Source of the DNA: Planctomycetota bacterium
GTDB taxonomy: Bacteria; Planctomycetota; B15-G4; JADJEK01
Assembly (NCBI GenBank): GCA_044225365.1
Contig: JBGAIQ010000010.1
Span: forward strand, 1-64,000
Direction: 5' to 3'
Length of the DNA: 64,000 nucleotides
Below the pieces are notes generated by a model. It did not search any database. It was not told the DNA's origin and worked only from the letters and a program-made list of their open reading frames with translations. A program made the position numbers and the translations under genes. Below are positions 1-10,200 of this stretch, in pieces. Each line of letters opens with the position of its first letter. The stretch's first letter is position 1.

Positions 1-145
1 CCTAGAGGGAAGCGCGAGCGGGAGTCCGTTCGCGAAGCATGCGCGGTCCGCCGCGCGCGGAGTCGAACGGAGCTCCCCTCGCGCACACCTCGTAGAGCGC
101 AAACACTTCGCCGCCGCAGGCAATCCAAACCCAGTGCCCGCACGG

Positions 146-306
146 CTGGCGGGCGAACGCCAGGACGGCCCCGCGGCCCAAGCGATATGGGGGCCAGTTC
201 GCGGCCCGAGCGAAAGGCCCGCGCGGCCTGAGCGCAACGCCTCCCTGGCGGGCGAACGCCAGGACGGCCTTGCGGCCCGAGCGAAAGGCCCGCGCGGCCT
301 GAGCGC
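146..306. repeat. Small mosaic of REP-like repeats downstream of the prenyltransferase-repeat gene
   Basis: CTGGCGGGCGAACGCCAGGACGGCC (hairpin CTGGCG/CGCCAG) at 146-170 and 245-269; GCGGCCCGAGCGAAAGGCCCGCGCGGCCTGAGCGC at 201-235 and 272-306; degenerate copy of the second motif at ~173-195. Confidence 0.7.
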
Positions 307-314
307 CCTCCAGA

Positions 315-1925
315 TCACCTCGACCCAATCACCCGCGCGTACCGGAAGTACACCTCGCAGGTGAGCGTGTTGATCGCGGTGGCGTAGACGCGGCCGCCGC
401 GAGCTCCCCACGGGTCGAATTGCGGGTCCCATGAGCCCTTCTCGCAGCCGGAGGGAGCCTGCTTCTTCACGATCGAATCGAGCATCTTGCTCTCCCACTT
501 CGCCCAATCGTCGCCGCCCATCTGGTACATCGCGTAGGAGCCGTAGTACCAGTAGTAGTAATCGATCGTGCCCTGCGCTTCGTCCCAGAGCGGGAGGCTC
601 TTGCGCAGGAGATCCGCGCCGTTGCGGAGTTCCGGGGTGGTCTTCGGATCCTGACCGAGGAACGCGCGGCAGAGCATGCTGACCGCCGTCATCGCCTCGA
701 CCTTCTGCGCCGGCCACTTGTCGAGCGCGCCCTGCTCCCGCGCCGAGAAGCCACCGCGCAGGATGTACCCACAGCGACCCGTCGAAGGATCGGTCATCTC
801 GTCGAGCCAGGTGCGAACGCCTTCGAAGGCCTGGCCGTCGACCTCGAGTCCGAAGTCCTTCGCGGAACGGAGCACCATCATGCCCCAGCCGGTGACGGAC
901 GTATCGTTCTCCCCCGTTCCCGGCACCGCGTAGCGCCACGACTTGTACGGATTGCGCGCGGACTGGACGAACGCGACGGCACGTTGCGCGCCCTTCTTCA
1001 GCTCGAGGATGTTGCTGAGGCCGTACGCTTCACAGACCGCGAGCGACGCGATCATCTGATCGTAGATCCAGCCCTGCGAACCGTTGTTCGGTCCGAAGGA
1101 ACCCGTTTTCTCGTCCTGCTGCGCGAGGAGATAACGGACCGCCGACTTCACGACGTTCTGGTAGCGCCCGCGATTCGTCGTGTTCTCGGAGCCGAGGAAC
1201 GCGAGAAGCGCGAGGCCCGTCACGCCGATCGAATGCGCAGGGTCTCCGGGGCCACTGCACTTCGCATCGACGCAGTGACTCTCGAAGCCTTCGCACGACC
1301 ACGAGCCGTCGACGTTCTGATGGCGCTTCAACCAGTCGAGACCGTCGGTGATGTTCGTCTGTACACGCGACCCGCCCGCGGTAGCGGGCTGTCGCAATCC
1401 GCCGCGACCCTTTCGCCCGCCCTTCCCGTCCTTGCCGGCATACGACGAGGTCTGCGATCCGCGATGGCCGAGCAATCCGACTCCGATGTTCGTGCTCCCG
1501 TCGTATCCCACATCGGTCCCGGTCGAAATCGAAACGTTGGGATCGGTGGTGACGCCCGTGAGATTGGGATCCCCCGCATCCTGCTCGACGGAGGGCGGAA
1601 CCGGAACGTCGATCTGCCGCTCGTTCTCGTCGTCCTGCTGCGGTGCCTCGGGGACCGCGGAGCGAGGAGTCTCGATCTCCGGCGGAAGAGGTTCGCTCAC
1701 TTCTTCCGTGTGCGCGATCTTCGGCGCGATCACGAGATCGACCGCGGGAGCGCTCTTTCGTACATAGTGGAGTGAGATCAGTGCGATCACGATCGCGTGC
1801 GCCGCGATGGAGATGGACAGCCACGGAGTGCCGCGCGCGAGCGACTTCTTCAACTCCTCTGAGTCTTCGGCGTGCGTCGGCGAGGGATGGGAAGACGAAT
1901 GCAATTGCGAACGGCGATCGCTCAT
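315..1925 (-). CDS. Membrane-anchored prenyltransferase/squalene oxidase repeat (alpha/alpha barrel) protein, paralog 1
   Basis: ATG at 1925 with upstream GGAAAGGAA; N-terminal TM (WLSISIAAHAIVIALI), Pro/Glu- then Gly-rich linker, QW-like repeats (WLKRHQNVDGSW, YLLAQQDEKTGSF, KKQAPSGCEKGSW), YYYWYY motif. Confidence 0.85.
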   Translation of the reverse strand: MSDRRSQLHSSSHPSPTHAEDSEELKKSLARGTPWLSISIAAHAIVIALISLHYVRKSAPAVDLVIAPKIAHTEEVSEPLPPEIETPRSAVPEAPQQDDENERQIDVPVPPSVEQDAGDPNLTGVTTDPNVSISTGTDVGYDGSTNIGVGLLGHRGSQTSSYAGKDGKGGRKGRGGLRQPATAGGSRVQTNITDGLDWLKRHQNVDGSWSCEGFESHCVDAKCSGPGDPAHSIGVTGLALLAFLGSENTTNRGRYQNVVKSAVRYLLAQQDEKTGSFGPNNGSQGWIYDQMIASLAVCEAYGLSNILELKKGAQRAVAFVQSARNPYKSWRYAVPGTGENDTSVTGWGMMVLRSAKDFGLEVDGQAFEGVRTWLDEMTDPSTGRCGYILRGGFSAREQGALDKWPAQKVEAMTAVSMLCRAFLGQDPKTTPELRNGADLLRKSLPLWDEAQGTIDYYYWYYGSYAMYQMGGDDWAKWESKMLDSIVKKQAPSGCEKGSWDPQFDPWGARGGRVYATAINTLTCEVYFRYARVIGSR

Positions 1926-2107
1926 TTCATTCCTTTCCGCGATCCCAATGACGGACACGCGCGAGCACGTCCGTGCCCGCGAGACAAGGTCAGGGAACGC
2001 GCTCGAGCCCCTGCCGCCAGAAATTCGGACGGCAACGTCGTCTTTCCGCCACCACACCCCCGCGACATCGCAGGAACCGACGGGAAGAGACGAACGCGGG
2101 CAGAGCA

Positions 2108-2176
2108 ACGCGACCCATGCCGATCGGTTCGATCGACATGGGTCGCGTCGAGAAAATCTTGACGCGAGGCGTCAAG
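2108..2176 (-). terminator. Two hairpins between the paralogs; 2158-2176 is terminator-like
   Basis: CTTGACGC-GAG-GCGTCAAG (2158-2176) followed on the minus strand by ATTTTCT; long hairpin ACGCGACCCATG..CATGGGTCGCGT at 2108-2148. Confidence 0.55.
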
Positions 2177-2193
2177 TCTTCGAGATCACTCGT

Positions 2194-3828
2194 TCACTTC
2201 GGCTTCGGCTCGTCCTCGGGCTTGCCGCCGCGCGAGCCGATGACCTTGGCGTACCGGTAGTACACCTCGGCCGTGAGCACCATGATCGACGTCGAGTAGA
2301 CGCGACCGCCCTGCGTGCCCCACGGGTCGAACTGCGGATCCCACGATCCGCGCTCGCAATGCTCGGTCGCCTGCTTCTTGACGATGGCGTCGAGCATCTT
2401 GCCTTCCCACGCCGTCCAGTCCGCACCACCCATCTGGAACATCGCGTACGAGCCGTAGTACCAGTAGTAGTAATCGATCGTGCCGGCCGACTCGTCCCAC
2501 AGCGGAAGGCTCTTGCGCAGCAGGTCCGCGCCATTGCGCAGCTCCGGCGTCGTCTTCGGATCCTGACCGAGGAATACGCGGCAGAGCATGCCGACCGCGG
2601 TCATCGCCTCGATCTTCTGCGCCGGCCACTTCTCGAGAGCGCCCTGTTCACGCGCCGAGAAACCGCCGCGCTGGATGTAGCCGCAACGACCGGTCGCGGG
2701 ATCCGTCATCTCGTCGAGCCAGGTCTTCACGCCGTCGAACGCCTGACCGTCGACCTCGAGGCCGAAGTCCTTCGCGGAGCGCAGGATCATCATGCCCCAG
2801 CCCGACACCGACGTGTCGTTCTCACCAATCGGCGGCACTTGATAGCGCCAGGCCTTGTACGGATTGCGCGCCGACTGGATGAAGGCGACCGCGCGCTGCG
2901 CGTTCTTCTTCAATGTCTGATTGCCGGAGAGGCCGTACGCCTCGCACACCGCGAGCGATGCGAGCATCTGATCGTAGATCCAGCCTTGCGCACCGGTGTT
3001 GTCGCCGAACGATCCCGTGGACTCGTTCTGCAATGTGACGAGGTACTTGATGCCCTCCTTCACGACGTTGCGATACGGTCCGTCGGTCATCGTGTTGCCC
3101 GCGCCGAGGAAGGCGAGGAGCGCGAGACCCGTGACGCCGACGTTGTGCGACCCGGAACCGGGGCCCGAGCACTTCGAGTCGGTGCACTGCTGCTGGAATC
3201 CGTCACACGACCAGAAGCCCTTTGGATTCTGATGGCGCTTCAACCAGTCGAGACCGGCGTCGACGAGCTTCTGCGTACGACCGCCGCCCGCGCGCGCCGC
3301 GCGACCGCCGAAGTGACCCTTGCCGAGGCCGCCGCCGGGACCGAGTCGGCCCGCGCGCGTCGACACACCTTGGCCATAATGACCGCCGGCGCCGACACCG
3401 ATCGACGTACCGCCGGTGAATCCGAACCCCGGGCCCGCATCGACCGCGTTCGGATCGGTCGTCGGATTCGTCAGGTCTTCGCGACCCGCGACTTCCGCTT
3501 CGACCGTCGTGAGCGGCACGTCGAGCTGGGTCTCTTCTTCGTTGATCTGCTCGGGATCGTCCGGAACGGCCGTGCGGTCGATCTTCTCCGGCGGCGGTTC
3601 GATGACCTCGGGCGGAGCGGTGTCGCGCTGCAGGTTCGCGCTGATGTGGACTTCCGGCTCGGGCGCCTTGTGCTTCACATAGGCGAGCGAGAGGATCGCG
3701 ATGATGATCGCGTGCACCGCGATCGAGATGCCGAGCCACGGCGTCCCGCGCGCGATCGTCTTCTTGAGCTCCTCCGGATCCTCCAGATGGCTCACGTGAC
3801 TCGGTAGCGGTTCCTGATCGTCGCTCAT
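2194..3828 (-). CDS. Membrane-anchored prenyltransferase/squalene oxidase repeat protein, paralog 2
   Basis: ATG at 3828 (MSDDQEP); same architecture as 315-1925 and a nearly identical C-terminal barrel. Confidence 0.85.
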   Translation of the reverse strand: MSDDQEPLPSHVSHLEDPEELKKTIARGTPWLGISIAVHAIIIAILSLAYVKHKAPEPEVHISANLQRDTAPPEVIEPPPEKIDRTAVPDDPEQINEEETQLDVPLTTVEAEVAGREDLTNPTTDPNAVDAGPGFGFTGGTSIGVGAGGHYGQGVSTRAGRLGPGGGLGKGHFGGRAARAGGGRTQKLVDAGLDWLKRHQNPKGFWSCDGFQQQCTDSKCSGPGSGSHNVGVTGLALLAFLGAGNTMTDGPYRNVVKEGIKYLVTLQNESTGSFGDNTGAQGWIYDQMLASLAVCEAYGLSGNQTLKKNAQRAVAFIQSARNPYKAWRYQVPPIGENDTSVSGWGMMILRSAKDFGLEVDGQAFDGVKTWLDEMTDPATGRCGYIQRGGFSAREQGALEKWPAQKIEAMTAVGMLCRVFLGQDPKTTPELRNGADLLRKSLPLWDESAGTIDYYYWYYGSYAMFQMGGADWTAWEGKMLDAIVKKQATEHCERGSWDPQFDPWGTQGGRVYSTSIMVLTAEVYYRYAKVIGSRGGKPEDEPKPK

Positions 3829-3949
3829 CGGATTGCCTTTTCTTGGCCTGCTGTTCAGGTCGTCCACTCGAACTCGTGGGGCACGTCGAGTCGCCCCGGA
3901 TTGTCCCATGCCACGGCTGCGGTGCAGAGAAGATTCTCGCTCCGCGCGA

Positions 3950-5446
3950 CTATCGCAGCACTCGCGCCGTCAACGTCGTGAACTTGATACGCGCGCCCGC
4001 CGGGACCATAATCGCGAACGCGCCCTTGCGGGAATAGGTGTACGCGAGGTCGATGTCCACGTTCGGATTCGGCGAGCCCTCGAGCTGGAACTGGAGCTTG
4101 CCGCCGATGCAGGTGATCGTCGCGTGCATGCTCTTGTCGGTGGGAAGGGCTTCCTGGTCGAGGGTGAACTGCGGCGTGTTCGCGTCGTAATCCTTACCGA
4201 GCCGGCAGCAGAACGTGACGCTTCCTTCGGACCGTTGCACCACCATGTCGATCACGAAGTCGCGCCACTTCTCGCTGTCGCCGATCGCCATCAGCGCGCG
4301 CTTCTTCGCGCTCTTGTCGGGACCGACGATCGTGAGCGCGCCGCCCTTGATGGCGTGGGAGAAGCCCTCCACCTCGGTGGGCGCCCAATTCGACACCTCG
4401 GAGTTCGCGAGCAGGTCACGCGCCGCGACCGCCTTGATCGCCGCGGCGTCGTACGCCGTCGCAGCAACGGTGTCGGAGTCCGCAATGATCTTCTTGTAGA
4501 GCTCGAGGCTCTGCGCGCTGCCCGCTTCGTCGTTGGCCTTGCGCGCATCGGAGTAGAGATTGAGCGCTTCGTCCTCGGCCTTCTTGAACTTCAGCAGGGC
4601 CGCAACGCCCGCCGCGCCGCTCGAGCCCATGCTCTTCGCGTCGTTGTAGAGCGCCTCGGCGTAGACCTGGCCGATGGACTTCTTCGCCGCCGTCAGGCGA
4701 TCGACCGCGCCCTTGTCACCGAGCGACTGGATCTCGAACTCGAGGCGATTGATCTTCTGCTTCACCTCGGCGAGTTCTTCGGCCTTGAGCTTCGACGCGT
4801 TCTGCAGCGCGGACTCGACCGCCGCCAATGCATCGCGCGTCTCCTTCTGCTCGGCGCCACGTCGGACCGACGCCTCGGCCTTGTTCAGGAGCGAGCGAAC
4901 CTCACCTTCCGTGGTCGCTCCGCTCCATGCTTCGTATTCGGCCTTTGCGCGGGCGATCGCTTCGGCCGCCTTCGTGGGATCGTTCAGATCCATCGCACGG
5001 AAGTCGGCGATGAAGCGCGTCACCTTCTGGGCGTAGGCTTCTTCCTCGGCAGCGCGCTCGTTGTTCTTCACGACGGCGTAACCGATCACGCAGGCCGCCA
5101 CGATCAGGAGCGGGATCGCGATCTTGAGGCCGAACTTCGCCTCGGGATTGAGCGCCTCATCGGTCGGCGCGGCATCGCGCTCACGCGCGGCGCGCTTGCC
5201 GCCTGCGCTCGAGGCGCGGCCCGCGGAGACACCGGACGCGCGACCTGCCGGGGCTGCGGCCGGGCGCGTGGCGCTCGACGTCGTCCCCGCGCGACGCGGT
5301 GCAGCGGCGGGTGCGGCGGCGGCGGGCGCGCCTTCATCGCCCGCGAAGCGCGCTTCGCAGGTGGGACACAGGACGAGACCCGAGGCCACGGCCGCCTGGC
5401 CCGGCTTCGGCTTGAACAAGGCATTGCAGTTCTTGCAGGTCAGCAC
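3950..5446 (-). CDS. Zn-ribbon / linker / single-TM protein with helical region and C-terminal beta-sandwich (possibly DUF1080-like)
   Basis: GTG start after GAGG; N-terminal CKNC...CPTC; Ala/Pro-rich linker; TM (IAIPLLIVAACVIGYAVV); C-terminal EKWRDFVIDMVV...RKGAFAI. Confidence 0.7.
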   Translation of the reverse strand: MLTCKNCNALFKPKPGQAAVASGLVLCPTCEARFAGDEGAPAAAAPAAAPRRAGTTSSATRPAAAPAGRASGVSAGRASSAGGKRAARERDAAPTDEALNPEAKFGLKIAIPLLIVAACVIGYAVVKNNERAAEEEAYAQKVTRFIADFRAMDLNDPTKAAEAIARAKAEYEAWSGATTEGEVRSLLNKAEASVRRGAEQKETRDALAAVESALQNASKLKAEELAEVKQKINRLEFEIQSLGDKGAVDRLTAAKKSIGQVYAEALYNDAKSMGSSGAAGVAALLKFKKAEDEALNLYSDARKANDEAGSAQSLELYKKIIADSDTVAATAYDAAAIKAVAARDLLANSEVSNWAPTEVEGFSHAIKGGALTIVGPDKSAKKRALMAIGDSEKWRDFVIDMVVQRSEGSVTFCCRLGKDYDANTPQFTLDQEALPTDKSMHATITCIGGKLQFQLEGSPNPNVDIDLAYTYSRKGAFAIMVPAGARIKFTTLTARVLR

Positions 5447-5564
5447 GTTCTATCCTCGGGTCCTTGATGTCGAACGCACGCCCCAGCATGGCGAGGGGTC
5501 GCCGCTCGTCGGTCTCGATCGATGACGATCGAGGTCGTTTCCAATCGATTCCGTGTTCCGGGAC

Positions 5565-6032
5565 TCAGCTCTTCGGCTTGGCGCCGAAGGCGAACTCGAT
5601 GTTCCCGAGTTCGTTCCGCCGGCACATGTTGACGACGCGCACCACTTCGGACCACGGCACGAGGCTCTCGGCATCGACCGTGACCGGGATCTCTTCCTTG
5701 GTCTTACCGAGGCGGACGAAGTCGTCGCGCTTGTCCTTGATGACCTGCTCGAGGTCGGCGTCCGCGTCGAACTTGCGGTCCTCGATCTTGCGGACGGTCT
5801 TGCCCAGTGCAGCGTCCCAATACAGGGCGATGCGGATCTCCTTGATGAGGTCCGTATCCTTGCTCGGGCCGGAGACGCCCTTGTCCTTGGGGAGCCAGGT
5901 GTCGAACTTGCCTTCGAGCTGCTTGAACTTCAGCGAGCACATGAAGAACACGCAGAGGCAAAAGATCACGTCGACCATCGGTACGACGTTGATCGCTACG
6001 GGGTTGTCTTTTTGGTCGCCGCCGCCAGCCAT
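5565..6032 (-). CDS. exbD: ExbD/TolR family biopolymer transport protein
   Basis: INVVPMVDVIFCLCVFFM TM motif with the conserved Asp; C-terminal VTVDAESLVPWSEVVRVVNMC. Confidence 0.85.
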   Translation of the reverse strand: MAGGGDQKDNPVAINVVPMVDVIFCLCVFFMCSLKFKQLEGKFDTWLPKDKGVSGPSKDTDLIKEIRIALYWDAALGKTVRKIEDRKFDADADLEQVIKDKRDDFVRLGKTKEEIPVTVDAESLVPWSEVVRVVNMCRRNELGNIEFAFGAKPKS

Positions 6033-6111
6033 GGCTTCGTCCTCGATTCGGTTTCGATTCGGACTTCGATCTCGATGCACTCCGGCCCGGGCAGCATAAC
6101 CCGGGTCGACC

Positions 6112-7182
6112 TCACTTGGTGAAACGCTTTGCGTCGGCTTCGCGTTCTGCCGCGCGCTGCTTGTAGAGAGCCTTCACGTCAGGATCGCTCTCCAGGTCGG
6201 AGAGCAGCTTGAACGCGTCGGCCGCGCCCTTCATCGCCCGCGCGTACTCGGCGCCCGATTCCTCGGCCGCCGGCGCGTAGACGATGACGCCGCGCATGAA
6301 CGCGAAGGCCGCGTCGAGCAGCGTGTCCTGATTCTTCTTGGAGCGGCCGCGCTCCAGTAGGATCTCGCCGAGCGAGTTCCACGCCTTGAGACGGACGCGC
6401 GGAGGCGTGTCGACGCGCACGATCTTCTTGTAGGCGCCTTCGGCCTCGTCGAGCTTGCCCGTCGCCTTCTGGCAATCGGCAGCGCCGAGTTCCGCTTCGG
6501 CGACGAGTGCGGAGTCGACGTCCGCGCCGGTCGCGATCGAGCGATAGGTCGAGAGCGCCGTGTCGAGCTTGCCGGCCGCCACGCTGACCACCGCGCCGAG
6601 GAGCTTCATCTCGACGTCGAAGCCGTTCGGCAGGTTCGCCGCCTTGCCGTCGCGCGTGATCTTCTCGACCATCGCCTGCGCGCCCGCAGCGTCCTTCTTC
6701 GCGAGCAACGCATCGACGCCGGCGCGCGCGATGTCGACCACGTAGTGGCCGCTCGCGAACTCGGAGCGCAAGGTGTCGGCGATCGGGTTGGCCTCGTCGA
6801 CCTTGCCGACGCGATAGAGCGTCGAGGCCAGCAGGAAGAGCACCCGCTGGCGCACGATCGGCCCCTTCTTCTTGTCGGCCTCGAGCACCTTGAGGTTCGC
6901 GATCGCTTCCTCGTTATTGCCGCTCGAAAGCGACTTCTCGACGTTCTCGAGCGCGGGGACACCGCCGTAGGTGATGGAGTCGACCATCTTCCACTGCAGC
7001 GTCACCGGCTTCTTCTTCGCGGGCTCGATCGTGATGCCCGTGTATTCCTCGGACTTGATCTTGCCCGCGTACGACTGACCATCCTTGGTGCGGACGATGT
7101 CGGACTGGGCCTGGGCCGACGAGGTCGCCAGGGCGAGGACGAGTCCGCTCACGGTGAGCGCGAAAGAAATCAACGACTTCAT
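6112..7182 (-). CDS. Exported tetratricopeptide-repeat protein
   Basis: Sec signal peptide (MKSLISFALTVSGLVLALATSSAQA), DIVRTKDGQSYAGKI beta-module, TPR-like helical repeats; alternative coupled GTG start at 7215. Confidence 0.75.
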   Translation of the reverse strand: MKSLISFALTVSGLVLALATSSAQAQSDIVRTKDGQSYAGKIKSEEYTGITIEPAKKKPVTLQWKMVDSITYGGVPALENVEKSLSSGNNEEAIANLKVLEADKKKGPIVRQRVLFLLASTLYRVGKVDEANPIADTLRSEFASGHYVVDIARAGVDALLAKKDAAGAQAMVEKITRDGKAANLPNGFDVEMKLLGAVVSVAAGKLDTALSTYRSIATGADVDSALVAEAELGAADCQKATGKLDEAEGAYKKIVRVDTPPRVRLKAWNSLGEILLERGRSKKNQDTLLDAAFAFMRGVIVYAPAAEESGAEYARAMKGAADAFKLLSDLESDPDVKALYKQRAAEREADAKRFTK

Positions 7183-7211
7183 GCTTCTCGATACTCCAGT
7201 TCGCACGGGGC

Positions 7212-10200
7212 TCACTTCGTAGCCTTGTTCTTGAGGTCCTCTTCGAGCGCCTTCAGCTTGTCGCGGAGGCCGTACTTGTTGCCGTCGTAGTCCTCGCTGC
7301 CGCGCTTCAGATCGCGGATCGCGATGTCGGCCTGGTCGTAGTTACCGAGGTCGTAGAGGCACTGGATCTGGCCGTACTTGCTGTACCACCACTCCTCGCG
7401 ATTCGATTCGAGGCTGCGGCAAGTCGCCTCGAACACGTTGAGGGCGTGCTTGATCGCGTCGGTGTCGCGGCGCTTCACGCCGTCGTTGCGCTCGACCCAG
7501 CCATATTCAACCCAGGCGAAGAGCAGTTCGGGCTTGATCTTGATCAGCGCCGACTTCAGCTTGCGATTCTCGCCGACCATCGGCTCGCCCTGGAAGATGG
7601 CGGCGTAGGTCTCGGCGGCCTTCGCCCAGTCGCTCTGGAAGCCCTGCGCTCGACCGAGCAACACTTCCATGCGATAGGACGGCGCGCGCTCGAGAGCCGC
7701 GGCATAGAGCTTCGCAGTCCGGGCGAAGAAGTCCTTGTAGGGCAGCTTCACGAGATCGATCCCGAGGAAGGACTCGTGGTCGTCGGGGATGTCGTTCAGC
7801 AGGCGGGCGAGAGCGAAGATGCGATTCGCGACGACCTGGATGTCGTTCGTCGACATCGACACCGAGTTCGCGAGGACGGGCTTGAGGCTCGCCTCGTAGT
7901 ACTTGACGGCTCGCGTGAACAGATCGCGCGCCACCTTGCTCTTCGAATCGGTCTTGAACAGTTCGACCGCGCGGGTGTCGATCGCTCGCGCGATGATGCC
8001 CGCGGCGATCGCGGTCGCACCCGCATCGGGCTTCGTCGCGAGCAGCTTCTCGAGCAGCTTCTCCGCATCGTCGATGCGATCGAGCGCCTTCAGTGCCTGG
8101 ATGCGCATGCGCCAGATGTTGGAGAGTGCGTCCTCGTTCTTGCCAGCGAGCTTCTCGGCGTCGTCGAGCACGACGAGTGAATCCGCGTCGCGATGGACGA
8201 TCGCGAGCTGCATCAACCGCGCGAGGTTGAGGCGCGCTTCGATGGCGAACACGTCGAGCTTGGCGAGCGCCGCGGGATCGAGCGTGCCCTGTTTCGCGGG
8301 AGCGATCGACTCGATCGTCTTCTTGAGCAGGGCCTCGGACTGTTCGATGAAGGGCTTCGCGGCCGGCGCCACGGCGGCGATCGCCGCGTCTCGCCTCGCG
8401 CGGTCCTCCTTCGCCTTCTTCTCGCGCGCGGCGTCGTTCGCGGGCTTCTCGCCCTTGGCGGCTTCAGCATCCGCGTTGTCCAGTGCATCCTGCGCCATCC
8501 GCGACGCTTCGCGATAGAGACAGTTGCCCGCGCGGTAGAGGCTCTCGACGTAGTACATCGAGTCCTTCTGGACCTTCTGGTAGGCGTCGGCGGCTTCCTT
8601 GTACTTCTTCTCGCCCTCGAGCTTCAGACCGTCGACGAGCTGCGCGTAGCTCGCGGCCGGATGCTTCGGGTACTTCTCCTTGATGCGGGCGAGCCGCTCG
8701 TCGGAGCGCTTCTCGTAGTACGCCTTCTTCTCCGCGCCGCGCAGCTTGATGTCGATGGCGACGGCCGTGACGAGGATCTGCGGCTCGAGATCGGTGTTCT
8801 GTGCGAGCTCGGCGGCCATGTCGTAGGCGGCGACCGCTTCGTGGTCGTAGCCCTTCTTCTGGTAGAAGCTGCCGAGCGTGAGAAGGATCTCGGTGCTCGG
8901 CTTCGTGCCGTTGCCGCTCGCGGGATAGAGCGCGCCGCGGATCGTCTCGATCGCGTCATCGACCTCGCCGCGTGCCGCCTGTTCCTGCGCGAGGCGAACG
9001 ATCTCGCCGGCGCCAAGCGCGTTGCTCTTGCCGCCGCTCGCCTTCTGCAGGATCTCGCGACCGCGCGCGCCGAGCGGACCATCGCGATCGAGCGAGATCA
9101 ACTGCTTGCCGACTTCGTTCGCGCCGTCGATATCGCCCGTCTCGAGCATCTCCTCCGCCATCTGGGCGCGGAGAAGGTAGTAGGCCTCGTCGCTCACGCC
9201 CTTGGGCAGCGAGTCGAACACGTCCTTGCCCGTCGCGAGGGCGTCTTCGTGCTTGCCGCCACGCGCGAGCAGCTTCATCTTCTCGATCGCCGCGGTGACG
9301 AGCGTGTCGATCCATTCCGGATCGCGGAGGTCGACCTTGCCGTCGGCCGTCTTCTCGAAGGATTCGCGTACGCCGAGCGCGCCGGTCAAGGTCGCGATCG
9401 CGTCCTCGGTCTTGCCGAGACCGTCCTCGCACGCCGCCTGGATGATGTACGCCTCGTAGCAGAGCACGACGTCGCCGTAGTCGAAGGCGAAGTCGCGGAT
9501 CGCCTCGATCGTCTCGGAGAACACTTGCTTCTTGCGGGCGTCCTCGGGCTTGAAGAGCTGGGCGCGGAAATACTTGTACCGCACCTGATTGAACCGGGCG
9601 TAGATGTAGTCGCCCTCGGCCTGCTGCTGCTCCTTCTCACCCGCCGAAGTCGGCAGGTTCGCAAGCTTGTTCTTCAGCTCGTCGACGCGGACGTTCGTCT
9701 CCTTGATGACGTTGACGAACGCATCGAGGCACTTCTGCTGCAGCGCCTGGACCTTTTCGGCGTCGGTCTCCTTGGCCATCGCCGCCGCACCCGCGTCCGC
9801 GAGTTGCTTGTAGGCGACGGGGAGCTGGGCGACGACCGTGCTCGCGGCCGGGGACTCCTTGAACTTCGACAGGAACTCGCGGCGGTCGGCGATGTTCTTG
9901 ACCATCAGCTCGACGCGCTTCGAAAGGTCCTTCTCCTGAACGATCTTCTCGGCGCCGAGATCGAGGAGGAGCAACTGTCCGTCGATCCGATCCTGCTCCT
10001 CGAGACCCTTGTCGGCGATGACCGCTTCACAGACCTTCTGGGCCATGTCGTACCAGCCGATGTCGGACAGGCGACGCGCGAACTGGACGTCGTCGCGCCC
10101 GACCGTGATCGGCCCGCTCGGCGCTTTGCCCTGAACGGGAGCGTTCGCCCAGGCGACCGAAACGGTCATCAGACTGGCGAAGAAATACCTGCGGACGGCA

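Noticed and set aside
315-3828. Squalene-hopene or oxidosqualene cyclase genes
   Set aside because: Single barrel with TM anchor and no DxDD/DCTAE catalytic motif; only QW-like repeats
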